Below, piece by piece: positions 1 through 8,693 of a DNA stretch of 64,000 bases. Both the position numbers and the translations under genes were made by a program. A model generated the notes under the pieces. The model was not told where the DNA came from. It searched no databases and saw nothing but the letters and a program-made list of their open reading frames with translations. The DNA is from an uncultured Candidatus Binatia bacterium (GTDB lineage: Bacteria > Desulfobacterota > Binatia > UBA9968 > JAJDTQ01): the NCBI GenBank assembly GCA_965215605.1, contig OZ244070.1, positions 64,001 to 128,000 of the forward strand, written 5' to 3'. The number at the start of each line of letters is the position of its first letter. Position 1 is the first letter of the stretch.

Positions 1-161
1 ATCGCGAAAAGCACCACGGAAATCAGGCAGGCCCATGTCGTGATGCCGCTGCCGAAGTAGGGATTGAGGTACCGGCTTCCCAACATCTCGAAGCCCATGA
101 GGGCGAAGCCGGAAAGAAAGATCAGCAGGAACAGCCACACCGAACCGATCGCACGTCCCAT
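1..161 (-). CDS. Membrane (MFS-like) part of fused MFS/spermidine-synthase family; runs off the window
   Basis: Manual translation from ATG at 161: MGRAIGSVWLFLLIFLSGFALMGFEMLGSRYLNPYFGSGITTWACLISVVLFA, matching the SG...ExxxxRxLxPxFG N-terminus of this family; TGATG coupling with the upstream gene; absent from the ORF track. Confidence 0.8.
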   Translation of the reverse strand, partial: MGRAIGSVWLFLLIFLSGFALMGFEMLGSRYLNPYFGSGITTWACLISVVLFA

Positions 162-1096
162 CACCACTTCCCTTTCAGGAACTCGTCCAGTTTGCGATTG
201 TGCCTCTTTATCGCGCGGAGCGATTCCACCGGCGCGAAATCGTCCGTGAGCGCGGCGGTGTCCGGCAGGCGTTCGACGCTGCGTCGTCGGGAGACCATTC
301 CGCTCAACGGGTACTTGAACCCGAACGCATCGTCCAACCTTGCGGCGGTTGACGCCAACCGCGCCTGTTCGCGCCTGGGCCCGTCATAGGCGATCATCAC
401 CACGTTACCTCCCGCATCGTACAGGTCCACGTGGTCGAAGACCTTGCCGATGGTGACGAGGGCGGCGTCGAACATCATGGTGTTGGGCTCGACGTTCTGC
501 GCCACGGCCCCGCCAGGCCTGAGACGGCTCTTCACGAGCGTGTAGAACTCCGTCGTAAGCAAGTGAAACGGCACGAACGCGCTGCGATAGGCGTCGATCA
601 GGATGACCGGCCACTTTGTTCTCCGCCTCACGATATATCGGCGCCCATCCTCGATGGAGACGTCGAAATTCCGTTCGAGCCGGATCCCGAAGTAACGTTT
701 GGCCAGATCGAACACCTCCCGGTCGAGCTCCACCGAAACGACTTCAAGGTCGGGCATGGTCCTGTGGAGGTACCACGCGGTCCGGCCCCCGCCGAAACCG
801 ATTTCGAGGACGCGGTCCACGTCGCCCGCGTAGGCGAGGACGGCGGTCATGTACCGGGTGTATCGTGAAGGGAGCGCGAACTCGTCGCGCGTGTCGTAGA
901 CCGTCTCCGTGTAGAGCGCCCGGTTGTGACCGAACGTCATGGTGACGATGGGGCCTTCCTTGAAGACGTAGATGTTGTTGTATACGGACTCGCGTTTGGC
1001 TATCAGAACCGGATCGGACGCCGCGGGTTGCGGTCCCGCGAACAGTAACAGTGCGACGCAGAGTGCGCCAAGCGGTGCTTTCCTGGAATTCGGCAC
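161..1096 (-). CDS. Spermidine synthase-like SAM-dependent transferase with N-terminal signal/TM segment
   Basis: VLEIGFGGG, VELD, EDGRRY, ILIDAY...PFHL, LTDDFAPVE motifs; hydrophobic N-terminus. Confidence 0.8.
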   Translation of the reverse strand: MPNSRKAPLGALCVALLLFAGPQPAASDPVLIAKRESVYNNIYVFKEGPIVTMTFGHNRALYTETVYDTRDEFALPSRYTRYMTAVLAYAGDVDRVLEIGFGGGRTAWYLHRTMPDLEVVSVELDREVFDLAKRYFGIRLERNFDVSIEDGRRYIVRRRTKWPVILIDAYRSAFVPFHLLTTEFYTLVKSRLRPGGAVAQNVEPNTMMFDAALVTIGKVFDHVDLYDAGGNVVMIAYDGPRREQARLASTAARLDDAFGFKYPLSGMVSRRRSVERLPDTAALTDDFAPVESLRAIKRHNRKLDEFLKGKW

Positions 1097-1132
1097 GCTG
1101 AGGTTCCCAAGCTACTCCATCGCCACGAGATC

Positions 1133-1510
1133 CTACCCCGACGACGTGGACAACTCCAGCCGGTTTCCGCTCGGGTCGATGACGTAGACCGAGTACCCGT
1201 TGCCCTCGCCGTGGCGGCGGATTTCGCTCACCTTGGCGCCCCTGGCCTCGATTTCCTTGACGAAGTCCTCGGGCTCGCCCGGTGATCCGTCGATCTCGAA
1301 GGTGTGGTGAGGCACGCGGGGGTGGCGATCCTTGGAGGCGTCGAAGACGCCCAGGACGATGCCGCCGAGATTGAGCCGGACCACATCCACGCCAGCCACC
1401 ACGTGCTTTTTGCGGACCGTGGCCCCGAGGACATCCTGGTAGAAGCTCACGGTCTTGTCCAGATCCTCGGCATTGAAATTCCACGAACGGAACTGGGCCA
1501 GCTTGGACAT
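1133..1510 (-). CDS. VOC/glyoxalase family protein
   Basis: DLDKTVSFYQDVLG and YVIDPSGNRLEL motifs; AGGAGG SD upstream. Confidence 0.85.
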   Translation of the reverse strand: MSKLAQFRSWNFNAEDLDKTVSFYQDVLGATVRKKHVVAGVDVVRLNLGGIVLGVFDASKDRHPRVPHHTFEIDGSPGEPEDFVKEIEARGAKVSEIRRHGEGNGYSVYVIDPSGNRLELSTSSG

Positions 1511-1554
1511 GATGAAACCTCCTCTTGAATGGCCCCTCTCGGCGGGAGAGGGCG

Positions 1555-2919
1555 TTATTCGACTCGGGCAGCTTCGAACAAGCCATCGAGATTTTCAAGC
1601 TCGTCGAACCGCCACAGCAGCTCCGCCAGCGACTTCTGCCGCGACGGCGACAGGACGCCCGTCGTAAGGCCCAGGAACTTCCGCTCGAGCTCGTCGTCGG
1701 AAAGCGGATTTCGGCTGTGACCCCTGGGGAAGTCGGCGGCTTGTGTCAGCCGGCGTCCGGAACGCAGCTCGATCTCCATTCGGGCCCGCTGCTGGGCGGG
1801 ATAGTTGCGGGTGGCCTCGGGGTCCTCGCCGACCTCGACCTTGCGCATGAGCGGCCGCAGCAGCGGATCGCCGATACGTTTCTCGTCGAAGCTGGCCGGG
1901 GTCAGCGCGCCGTCGGTCAGGGCGGCGGCAACCACGTACGGGAGGCTGTGATCAGCGGTTTCGCGGGTCCTGGGATCCCATTTCTCGGGCTCGCCCGCGG
2001 CGTTCCGGACGGCCACCGCGTAGGTGGCGATGCGGATGCGTTCCAAGTCGTCCAGGTGGAACTCGTCCCTCAGCTCCAGGGCCATGGCCGCGCCGGCCTG
2101 GGTGTGGATCTGCACCGGGAAATACTTGATGCTGGTGTCGCTGAGCTTGAACCGGACGCCCGCCCCGGCATCGCCGAAACCGTCGAGCTGCAGGGCTCCG
2201 GTCACCTGGTCGAACAAGCCGTAGCGTCCTTCGAAGGGTTCGGGCGGCCCCTCCATGCCGGCACCGGCGAGGAGCGCGGCGAAGACGCCGTTGCGGACGG
2301 CCATGGCGGTGGCGCAGCCCTTCCACATGGACAGCTCGCCCACCCGGGTCTGACCCAGCGGCACCTGGGACACGGCCGTCATGGACATGGCGTGGGCGAG
2401 CCGGTCCTCCGGCAGCGCCAGGACCTTGCCCGCGGCACAGGCGCTCGCCGGACCGATGAAGAGTCCCTGGTCCCACCCCTTCTCGCGGGTGGCGAAGCGC
2501 TCGGCGAACTGTCCGTAGATCTCGTAGGCCAACACCAGCGCGGTGATCGCCGCGCGCCCGGACGCGCCGGCAGCCTCGGCCGCGGCCAGCACCGCGGGCA
2601 GCATGTCGCTGGGATGCCCTCCGCCCGGCGACACGAAGCTGTCGTTGCAGTCCAGGTAGCGGATCATGGCGGTGTTGGCGAAGGCGGCCATGTCCGGCGG
2701 GGTGACCCGTCCGGTTCCCAGGATCCGCGCCGCCGCCCCGCCGTGGACGGCGGGCGCCAGTTCCCGGGCGATGCGGCACGGCTCGGCAGCGTAGGCCCCC
2801 AACGCGCAACCCACCGAATCGAGGATCCGGCGGCGGGCCTCGTGGATCGTGTCGGGGGGGAGGTCCCGGTAGTCCAGGGCGGCGGCGTAGGCGCTCAAGT
2901 ATTTCGCGCTGGCATCCAT
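1555..2919 (-). CDS. MmgE/PrpD family protein (2-methylcitrate dehydratase-like)
   Basis: RYLDCND, GGHPSD, KYFP..IHT, RETADHSLPY, PRGH..NPL motifs; start taken at ATG 2919 (MDASAKY). Confidence 0.9.
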   Translation of the reverse strand: MDASAKYLSAYAAALDYRDLPPDTIHEARRRILDSVGCALGAYAAEPCRIARELAPAVHGGAAARILGTGRVTPPDMAAFANTAMIRYLDCNDSFVSPGGGHPSDMLPAVLAAAEAAGASGRAAITALVLAYEIYGQFAERFATREKGWDQGLFIGPASACAAGKVLALPEDRLAHAMSMTAVSQVPLGQTRVGELSMWKGCATAMAVRNGVFAALLAGAGMEGPPEPFEGRYGLFDQVTGALQLDGFGDAGAGVRFKLSDTSIKYFPVQIHTQAGAAMALELRDEFHLDDLERIRIATYAVAVRNAAGEPEKWDPRTRETADHSLPYVVAAALTDGALTPASFDEKRIGDPLLRPLMRKVEVGEDPEATRNYPAQQRARMEIELRSGRRLTQAADFPRGHSRNPLSDDELERKFLGLTTGVLSPSRQKSLAELLWRFDELENLDGLFEAARVE

Positions 2920-2926
2920 AACGACG

Positions 2927-3436
2927 TCATCCGCTCCCACCGCCTGCATCGGAACCCCGCAGGCCCGCGAAGAACCGCTTGAGCAGGCCTGCGCACCGCT
3001 CCGCCAGGACACCTTCGGTAACGGCCACGCGGTGGTTGAGGCGCGGGTCGTCGCAAACCCGGTAGAGCGACCTCACCGCGCCACCCTTGGGGTCCGGGCA
3101 GCCGAACACCAGGCGCTCGATGCGGGCCTGGACGATGGCGCCCGCGCACATGACGCAGGGCTCAAGGGTCACGTACAGCGTGCAGTCATCCAGGCGCCAG
3201 GACCCGCGTTCCCGGGCCGCCTCCCTGATGGCCAGGATCTCGGCGTGGCTCGTCGGATCTCCCAGGGCCTCGCGCAGGTTGTGTCCCCGGCCGACCACCG
3301 AGCCGCCGGACACGACCACCGAGCCGCCGGACACGACCACCGCCCCGACGGGCACCTCCGCCTCCCGGCTCGCGGCCTCGGCCTCGGCCAGCGCCCGCGC
3401 CATGAACGCCTCATCCCCCTGCCGTGTGTCGGTCAC
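2927..3436 (-). CDS. tadA: tRNA adenosine(34) deaminase
   Basis: EVPVGAV, HAE, YVTLEPCVMCAGA, DPKGGA, LNHR motifs. Confidence 0.93.
   Translation of the reverse strand: MTDTRQGDEAFMARALAEAEAASREAEVPVGAVVVSGGSVVVSGGSVVGRGHNLREALGDPTSHAEILAIREAARERGSWRLDDCTLYVTLEPCVMCAGAIVQARIERLVFGCPDPKGGAVRSLYRVCDDPRLNHRVAVTEGVLAERCAGLLKRFFAGLRGSDAGGGSG
3292..3342. repeat. 21-bp tandem duplication inside tadA
   Basis: cgaccaccgagccgccggaca twice plus a 9-bp partial copy; encodes VVVSGGS twice. Confidence 0.9.
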
Positions 3437-3498
3437 GGGCTCATCCCGACCCGGTTCCGACCCCCGCGTTCGGCGGCCCGGCCGATGTCCGGGAAACC

Positions 3499-3966
3499 CT
3501 AAGCCAGCTCCGCCAGGTCATCGAGCACCTCTTGCGCGTGCTGCCCGGGTTTCACCTTCTCGTAAATCCTGGCGATCTTGCCCTTGGGGTCGATGAGAAA
3601 CGACATCCGGTAGGTGCCCTCGTATTCCCTACCCATGAACTTCTTGAGCCCCCAGACATCGTACAGCCTCACCACCTCCTTTTCCTCGTCCGCCAGCAAC
3701 GTGAACGGAAGCCGGTGCTTCTCGGCGAACCTGGCGTGGCTCTTGACCGGATCGATGCTGACTCCCAGGACGATGGCCTCGGCCTTGTCGAACTCGGCTA
3801 TGTGGTCCCGTATACTACGGGCCTCCATCGTTCAGCCGGGGGTGGCGTCCTTGGGGTAGAAGAACAGCAGCACCCACTTCCCCTTGTAGCCGGAGAGCTC
3901 ATGGGACTTGCCGTTCTGGTCCATCAGCCGGAAGTCCGGCGCCTTGTCACCGGGCTTGTGTTTCAT
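3499..3966 (-). CDS. bcp: BCP/PrxQ peroxiredoxin, probable selenoprotein (TGA at codon 45)
   Basis: ATG 3966 MKHKPGDKAPDFRLMDQNGKSHELSGYKGKWVLLFFYPKDATPG-TGA-TMEARSIRD continues in frame into ORF 3499..3828; TGA (3832-3834) occupies the peroxidatic Cys of FYPKxxTPGC; GGAGG SD upstream. Confidence 0.9.
3800..3828 (-). promoter_or_regulatory. Putative bacterial SECIS hairpin
   Basis: mRNA after UGA reads ACGAUGGAGG-CCCGUA-GUA-UACGGG-ACCACAU: a 6-bp perfect stem with a G-starting loop 16 nt after UGA. Confidence 0.65.
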
Positions 3967-4135
3967 GGGTCCGTTTCCTCCCGTGGGGTGTTCCCGGATG
4001 TTCTACAACGCGGGGTGGCCCGTGCCAAGCCGGCCGTGGCGGAACCGGCCCGTCTTGACACCCCATCTCTTGCATGAGCAGAATCCGCATGTCCCGGGAG
4101 CGGGACGCCTGCATGAAACCCGAACGGAGGAACCC

Positions 4136-4933
4136 ATGGAAACGGTACACAAACCGCGGAGCTACGGCGAGCACTCCGAGCACTGGCTCGACTTCGAGGA
4201 AAGCCCCCGGCGCCTGCGGGTGAAGTTCGGCGGGGAGACCCTCGTCGACACGAAACGGGCCATGCTTCTGCGGGAAGCGGGGCACGTCCCGGTCTACTAT
4301 TTCCCGCCGGAAGACGTCCGCATGGAGTTCCTGACGCCCAACGACCACCATACCCGCTGCCCCGTCAAGGGGGAGGCTTGCTACTGGGACGTGGCCGCGG
4401 AGGGCAAGACGGCCGAATCGGCCGCCTGGAGCTACCCAGACCCCCTGGCGCAGTCCCGTGACATCGCGGGATACCTCTCCTTCTACTGGAACCGGATGGA
4501 CGGCTGGTACGAGGAGGAGGACGAGATCTTCGTCCATGCCCGGGACCCGTACAAGCGCGTGGACGTGCTCAAGAGCTCACGCCACGTGCGGGTGACCTTG
4601 GGCGGCGAGGTGGTGGCGGATTCGCGGCAGCCCCGGCTGGTGCTCGAGACCGGCCACCTGATCCGCTATTACCTGCCGCGGGAAGACGTGCGCATGGACC
4701 TGCTGGAACCCAGCGACACCAGGTCGCGTTGTCCCTACAAGGGCACGGCCCGCTATTGGTCCGCCAACGTAAACGGCACGCCCTTCGAGGACACGGTCTG
4801 GAGCTACGAGGAAACCATCCCCGAGTGTCCCAGGATCAAGGACCTGATGTGCTTCTTCAACGAGCGCGTCGACGCCATCCACGTGGACGGCGAACGGTTG
4901 GAGATTCCGAAGACCAAGTGGTCGCGGAGTTGA
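4136..4933 (+). CDS. Tandem DUF427 (NTP_transf_9) domain protein
   Basis: Two repeats with YYxP.EDVRM..L and CP(V/Y)KG.A.YW; HARDPY linker; GGAGG SD before ATG 4136. Confidence 0.88.
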   Translation: METVHKPRSYGEHSEHWLDFEESPRRLRVKFGGETLVDTKRAMLLREAGHVPVYYFPPEDVRMEFLTPNDHHTRCPVKGEACYWDVAAEGKTAESAAWSYPDPLAQSRDIAGYLSFYWNRMDGWYEEEDEIFVHARDPYKRVDVLKSSRHVRVTLGGEVVADSRQPRLVLETGHLIRYYLPREDVRMDLLEPSDTRSRCPYKGTARYWSANVNGTPFEDTVWSYEETIPECPRIKDLMCFFNERVDAIHVDGERLEIPKTKWSRS

Positions 4934-4954
4934 CGCCGGCCGGGCGGCCGTACC

Positions 4955-5743
4955 CTATGCCGCGGTGGATGCAGCCGGGCGGTGGGCGGCCCCTTCCGGG
5001 GCCAGGACGCCGGCCTCGCGCAGCTTCGGGAACAACTCGACGAGGCTCCGGATGAGGAGCTTCGGCCTGGCCGCGGCCAGAGTCTCCTCGTCGTTGTAGG
5101 AGTGCTCCGTGGCCAGGGCCACGGTGAACACCGAGAGGTCGCTGCCGGCCACCTGGGCGAACTCCAGGTTGTTGCCCGCCCGCAGGTAGGCGGCGGTTCC
5201 GGACAGGAGAATCACTTCGAGATTCCGGTTGAGCTTCCGGAACAGGTGGTAGATGCCCTGCTCCTTGCGGAAGTAGGTCTCGTCGCGGTCGATGATCTCC
5301 TCGAAATACTCGCTGATGCCGTGCTCCTCCATGACCCGGTGCTTGTAGCGGCGGCCGCTGGTGGTGAGCACCATGTTGCTCAGGCCCGCGGCCCGGGCCT
5401 GCTTCAGGGACTCCTCGACGCCGGGGATGAAGTCCGGCGGGTTGACGTCGAAGCCGTGCCGGCGGGCGATCTCCAGCGCGTGGCCGCGGATTTCGCGGCG
5501 GACCCCCTCATTGTAGATGAGGCTCGGGTCGCGGGCGTAGTCTTCCGCGAAAAGGATCGGCGCCAGGAAGAAGTCGAACGGCCCGTCCGCCACCTTGCGC
5601 AGCTCCTCGAAGGAAAGCTTGGGCTTGTGGTAGCGCGGGAGGATCTCGTTGGCGATGACGTGGACCCGATGGATGTCCGTCTCGATGGTGTCGGACATGG
5701 TCCGGATCAGGCATCTCTTGACCGGCACCGGCGCATCACTCAT
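4955..5743 (-). CDS. HAD-like fold protein with degenerate catalytic motifs
   Basis: FIPGVEESL...MVLTTS...GISEYFEEII and LAAARPKLLIRSLVEL resemble phosphoglycolate phosphatase-type HADs; no DxD motif. Confidence 0.6.
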   Translation of the reverse strand: MSDAPVPVKRCLIRTMSDTIETDIHRVHVIANEILPRYHKPKLSFEELRKVADGPFDFFLAPILFAEDYARDPSLIYNEGVRREIRGHALEIARRHGFDVNPPDFIPGVEESLKQARAAGLSNMVLTTSGRRYKHRVMEEHGISEYFEEIIDRDETYFRKEQGIYHLFRKLNRNLEVILLSGTAAYLRAGNNLEFAQVAGSDLSVFTVALATEHSYNDEETLAAARPKLLIRSLVELFPKLREAGVLAPEGAAHRPAASTAA

Positions 5744-5903
5744 GGCAACCCCCAAGGTTGGTGTCCTGAAATCCTGCGCTTCTTATGGCGCGAATTAGCC
5801 AGACACGACACTAGGTGGAAAACTGTTTCAGCATTAGCTAATCTGCCGGAACCCTGTCAACTGATTCAACTTCCTCAGGGAAGGTCAGACCCCTGGAGGC
5901 ATC

Positions 5904-6887
5904 ATGCTGAACCTGACTCTGGCGTGCGGCCACTATGACCGGACCGAAGCCCTGCGGGACGGGCGCGTGCGGCCCGACGGCATCCGGCTCAACTGCCTGA
6001 CGCTGAAGGTGGAGGAGACCTTCTGGCGCATGATGCAATACCGCGAGTTCGACGTGGCCGAGACCTCCCTGGGGGGCTACGTGGTGCGCCGGGGGCGCGG
6101 CGTCGACGACCTGATGGCGATTCCGGTATTCCCGTCGCGGTTCTTCCGCCAGTCCTGCATCTTCGTTCACGGCGGTTCGGGCATAGACGGTCCGGAGGAC
6201 CTCAAGGGCAAGCAAATCGGCGTGCCGGAGTACCAGATGACCGCGGCCGTGTGGGCGCGGGGAATCCTCTCGGACGACTACGGCGTCCGGGCCGAGGACG
6301 TCGAATGGATCCAGGGCGGTCTGGAAGACCCCGGCCGAATCCCCTTCGAGCCGGTGGAACCGGCGGGCATCAGCCTCGGCTTCGCGCCGCCGGAGCGCTC
6401 CCTGGCGCAAATGCTGGCCGACGGCGAGATCCAGGCCTTGATCACCGCCCGGACGCCCTCCACCTTCGCCCCTGCCGGCGCCACGGTACGGCGGCTCTTC
6501 CCGGAACCCTGGAAGGTGGAGCGGGACTACTTCAACCGCACCGGCATCTTCCCCATCATGCACACGGTGTCGATCCGGCGGGAGATTCTCGACGAGCATC
6601 CCTGGGTCGCCGCCACCCTGATGAAGGCCTTTTCCGAGGCCAAGGACCTGGCCGTGGCCGACCTTACCCAGACCAGCGCCCTCCCACTGACGCTGCCCTT
6701 CCTCACCGAGCACGCCTACCAGACCGTGGAGGCCATGGGCGAAGATTTCTGGCCCTACGGCCTGGAATCCAACCGCAAGACCCTCGAAACATTCGTACGT
6801 TACATGGGCGAACAGGGGATGATCGAGCACAGCATGGCCATCGAGGAACTGTTCGCCGCGAGCACGCACCGCACCTTTCGGATTTGA
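5904..6887 (+). CDS. 4,5-dihydroxyphthalate decarboxylase (PhtD)-like / PBP2-fold protein
   Basis: LTLACGHYDRT, EFDVAETSL, AIPVFPSRFFRQS, GVPEYQMTA, TGIFPIMH, FWPYG motifs. Confidence 0.85.
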   Translation: MLNLTLACGHYDRTEALRDGRVRPDGIRLNCLTLKVEETFWRMMQYREFDVAETSLGGYVVRRGRGVDDLMAIPVFPSRFFRQSCIFVHGGSGIDGPEDLKGKQIGVPEYQMTAAVWARGILSDDYGVRAEDVEWIQGGLEDPGRIPFEPVEPAGISLGFAPPERSLAQMLADGEIQALITARTPSTFAPAGATVRRLFPEPWKVERDYFNRTGIFPIMHTVSIRREILDEHPWVAATLMKAFSEAKDLAVADLTQTSALPLTLPFLTEHAYQTVEAMGEDFWPYGLESNRKTLETFVRYMGEQGMIEHSMAIEELFAASTHRTFRI

Positions 6888-7118
6888 TCGTGCCGTTTGG
6901 CGGGTGGGACCGTCCAGGTGCCGTTCAGTGACAATTGGCGATAACCACCCGAAAACACCGGCAAACCCCTGGTTACTCTCTGTGCAGGTCGCTGAAACAG
7001 CCGTTTCTCAAGGGCTGGAACCGCCCGGTACAACGGCATGTGAACAGGTTTTCCACAGGTCCGGTGGATGGCGTCAACAAGTCGCCGCACCCGTCGGGAA
7101 CCTGATGGGCGTGACGTC

Positions 7119-8090
7119 TCACACGTAGTGCTGGATCTCCTGGAGGGAGGGCGGGAAGAACAGCTCTTCGATCGCGGGCTTGTGCTTGATCATGCCCTGC
7201 TCGAACTCGTAGCGGACCGCGGCTTCCAGCGCGGCGCGGTTGTCCTCCAGGTTGTAGGGCCAGGGGTCGGGCCCGAAGATGGCGTGCTGCTCCTGAAGCT
7301 CTTCCTTGGCCCACACCAGGGCCAGGCTTCGGGGGTCGCGCATGCGCTCGTAGCAGACTTCCTTGGACCGCTGGAGGGCCTGCAGCAGGCTCACCGCCAC
7401 CCAGGGGTTCCGCTCCAGTATCTCGTCCTTGACCACCACCGTGTGCATGATGGGGAAGATGCCGCTCCGGCGGTAGTACTCCACCTCCGCCTGCCGGGGT
7501 TCCGGGAAGAGCAGCGCCACCTTGTCGGAGCCGGAGCGGATCGACGGCAGCACCTCGGGATAGAGCGACCCTTCCAGCTCTCCGGCGCACAGCATCTCGT
7601 CGATGTCGCGGCCTTCGGGCACCCGGTGGATCTTCATCCACGAGGCCGGCTCCAGAGGCACGTCTTCTTCCTCCTGGCACCACCACTCCACCGTGCGCAG
7701 GTCCACGCCGTAGTAGTCCTGCAAAATGCCGCGCATCCACAGGCCCGCGGAGTTCTGGAGCGTATCCAGGCCGATGCGCTTGCCGTTCAGGTCCGCGGGC
7801 TTCTCGATGCCGCACCCGGTGCGCTTGACCATGTAGCTGTGACGGAAACGCCGGTGCGGAAACGCGGGAATGGCGGTGAAGTCGCGGCCCTGGTCATGGG
7901 CCACGAGATAGCCCACCAGCGACAGCTCGCACGCGTCGAACTCCTCGTGACGCAGCATGCGTCCGTGGCGTTCGGGCGACGGCATGGTCATCACGTTCAG
8001 GTCGATGCCGGCGGGTTCCACCACCTTCTCCCACAGGGGCCGCAAGAGATCGTAGCTGCCGCAGGCGAAATTCAGGTTCAACCGGGCCAC
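7119..8090 (-). CDS. Second PhtD-like / PBP2-fold protein
   Basis: ACGSYD, EFDACELSL, AIPAFPHRRFRHS, SGIFPIMH, DPWPY motifs; GTG start overlapping the mocA stop. Confidence 0.85.
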   Translation of the reverse strand: MARLNLNFACGSYDLLRPLWEKVVEPAGIDLNVMTMPSPERHGRMLRHEEFDACELSLVGYLVAHDQGRDFTAIPAFPHRRFRHSYMVKRTGCGIEKPADLNGKRIGLDTLQNSAGLWMRGILQDYYGVDLRTVEWWCQEEEDVPLEPASWMKIHRVPEGRDIDEMLCAGELEGSLYPEVLPSIRSGSDKVALLFPEPRQAEVEYYRRSGIFPIMHTVVVKDEILERNPWVAVSLLQALQRSKEVCYERMRDPRSLALVWAKEELQEQHAIFGPDPWPYNLEDNRAALEAAVRYEFEQGMIKHKPAIEELFFPPSLQEIQHYV

Positions 8091-8677
8091 TATTCGCTCC
8101 TTACGTGTTTGCGGTATTCCTCGGGCGTGTCGATGTCGATGAGGATCCCTTCCTCGCCGGTATCCAACTCCAGCGTCTCATCCGGGTGGCCCCGTACCAC
8201 CGGCTTGGCGCCGGTGTCCATGGAAGCCGCCATGAACTCGGGGAAGAGCCTGCTGGAGAACAGCACCGGATGGCCGCGCCTGCCGTCGAAGCACGGCACC
8301 ACGATGAGCTTCCGCTCGGCGCGGAAACGCTCGATGATCCGGTTCACCAGCCCGCTTTCGATGAAGGGGTGGTCCACCAGATGAACAAGGATCGCTTCCA
8401 CCGGCTCCCCCTCCAGCGCCCGGATGGCAGTGTGCAGGGAGGAGAGCTGTCCCCTGGCATAGTCCGGGTTCACCACGGTATCGACGTCCAGGTAGGCGAT
8501 GGCCTCCCGCATGGCGCCGGCATTGTAGCCCAGCACCACCAGGGTCCGGTCCACCTCCGTGCGCTCCAGCGCGCGGACGATGCGCTCGATGAACGGGACG
8601 CCCTCCACCGGCAAGAGCGCCTTGGGCCTTCCCATGCGGGTGGAGGCGCCCGCGGCCAGGACAACGGCGACGATCAT
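8090..8677 (-). CDS. mocA: Molybdenum cofactor cytidylyltransferase-like nucleotidyltransferase
   Basis: VLAAGASTRMGRPKALL, GQLSS, LVDHP, GHPVLF, DIDTPEEY. Confidence 0.75.
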   Translation of the reverse strand: MIVAVVLAAGASTRMGRPKALLPVEGVPFIERIVRALERTEVDRTLVVLGYNAGAMREAIAYLDVDTVVNPDYARGQLSSLHTAIRALEGEPVEAILVHLVDHPFIESGLVNRIIERFRAERKLIVVPCFDGRRGHPVLFSSRLFPEFMAASMDTGAKPVVRGHPDETLELDTGEEGILIDIDTPEEYRKHVRSE

Positions 8678-8693
8678 GAATCGAAGAAACGGA

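Noticed and set aside
3499-3828. 109-aa ORF as a complete protein, or bcp as a pseudogene
   Set aside because: The ORF lacks the active site; the upstream frame is intact, and the only interruption is a TGA exactly at the catalytic Cys followed by a hairpin
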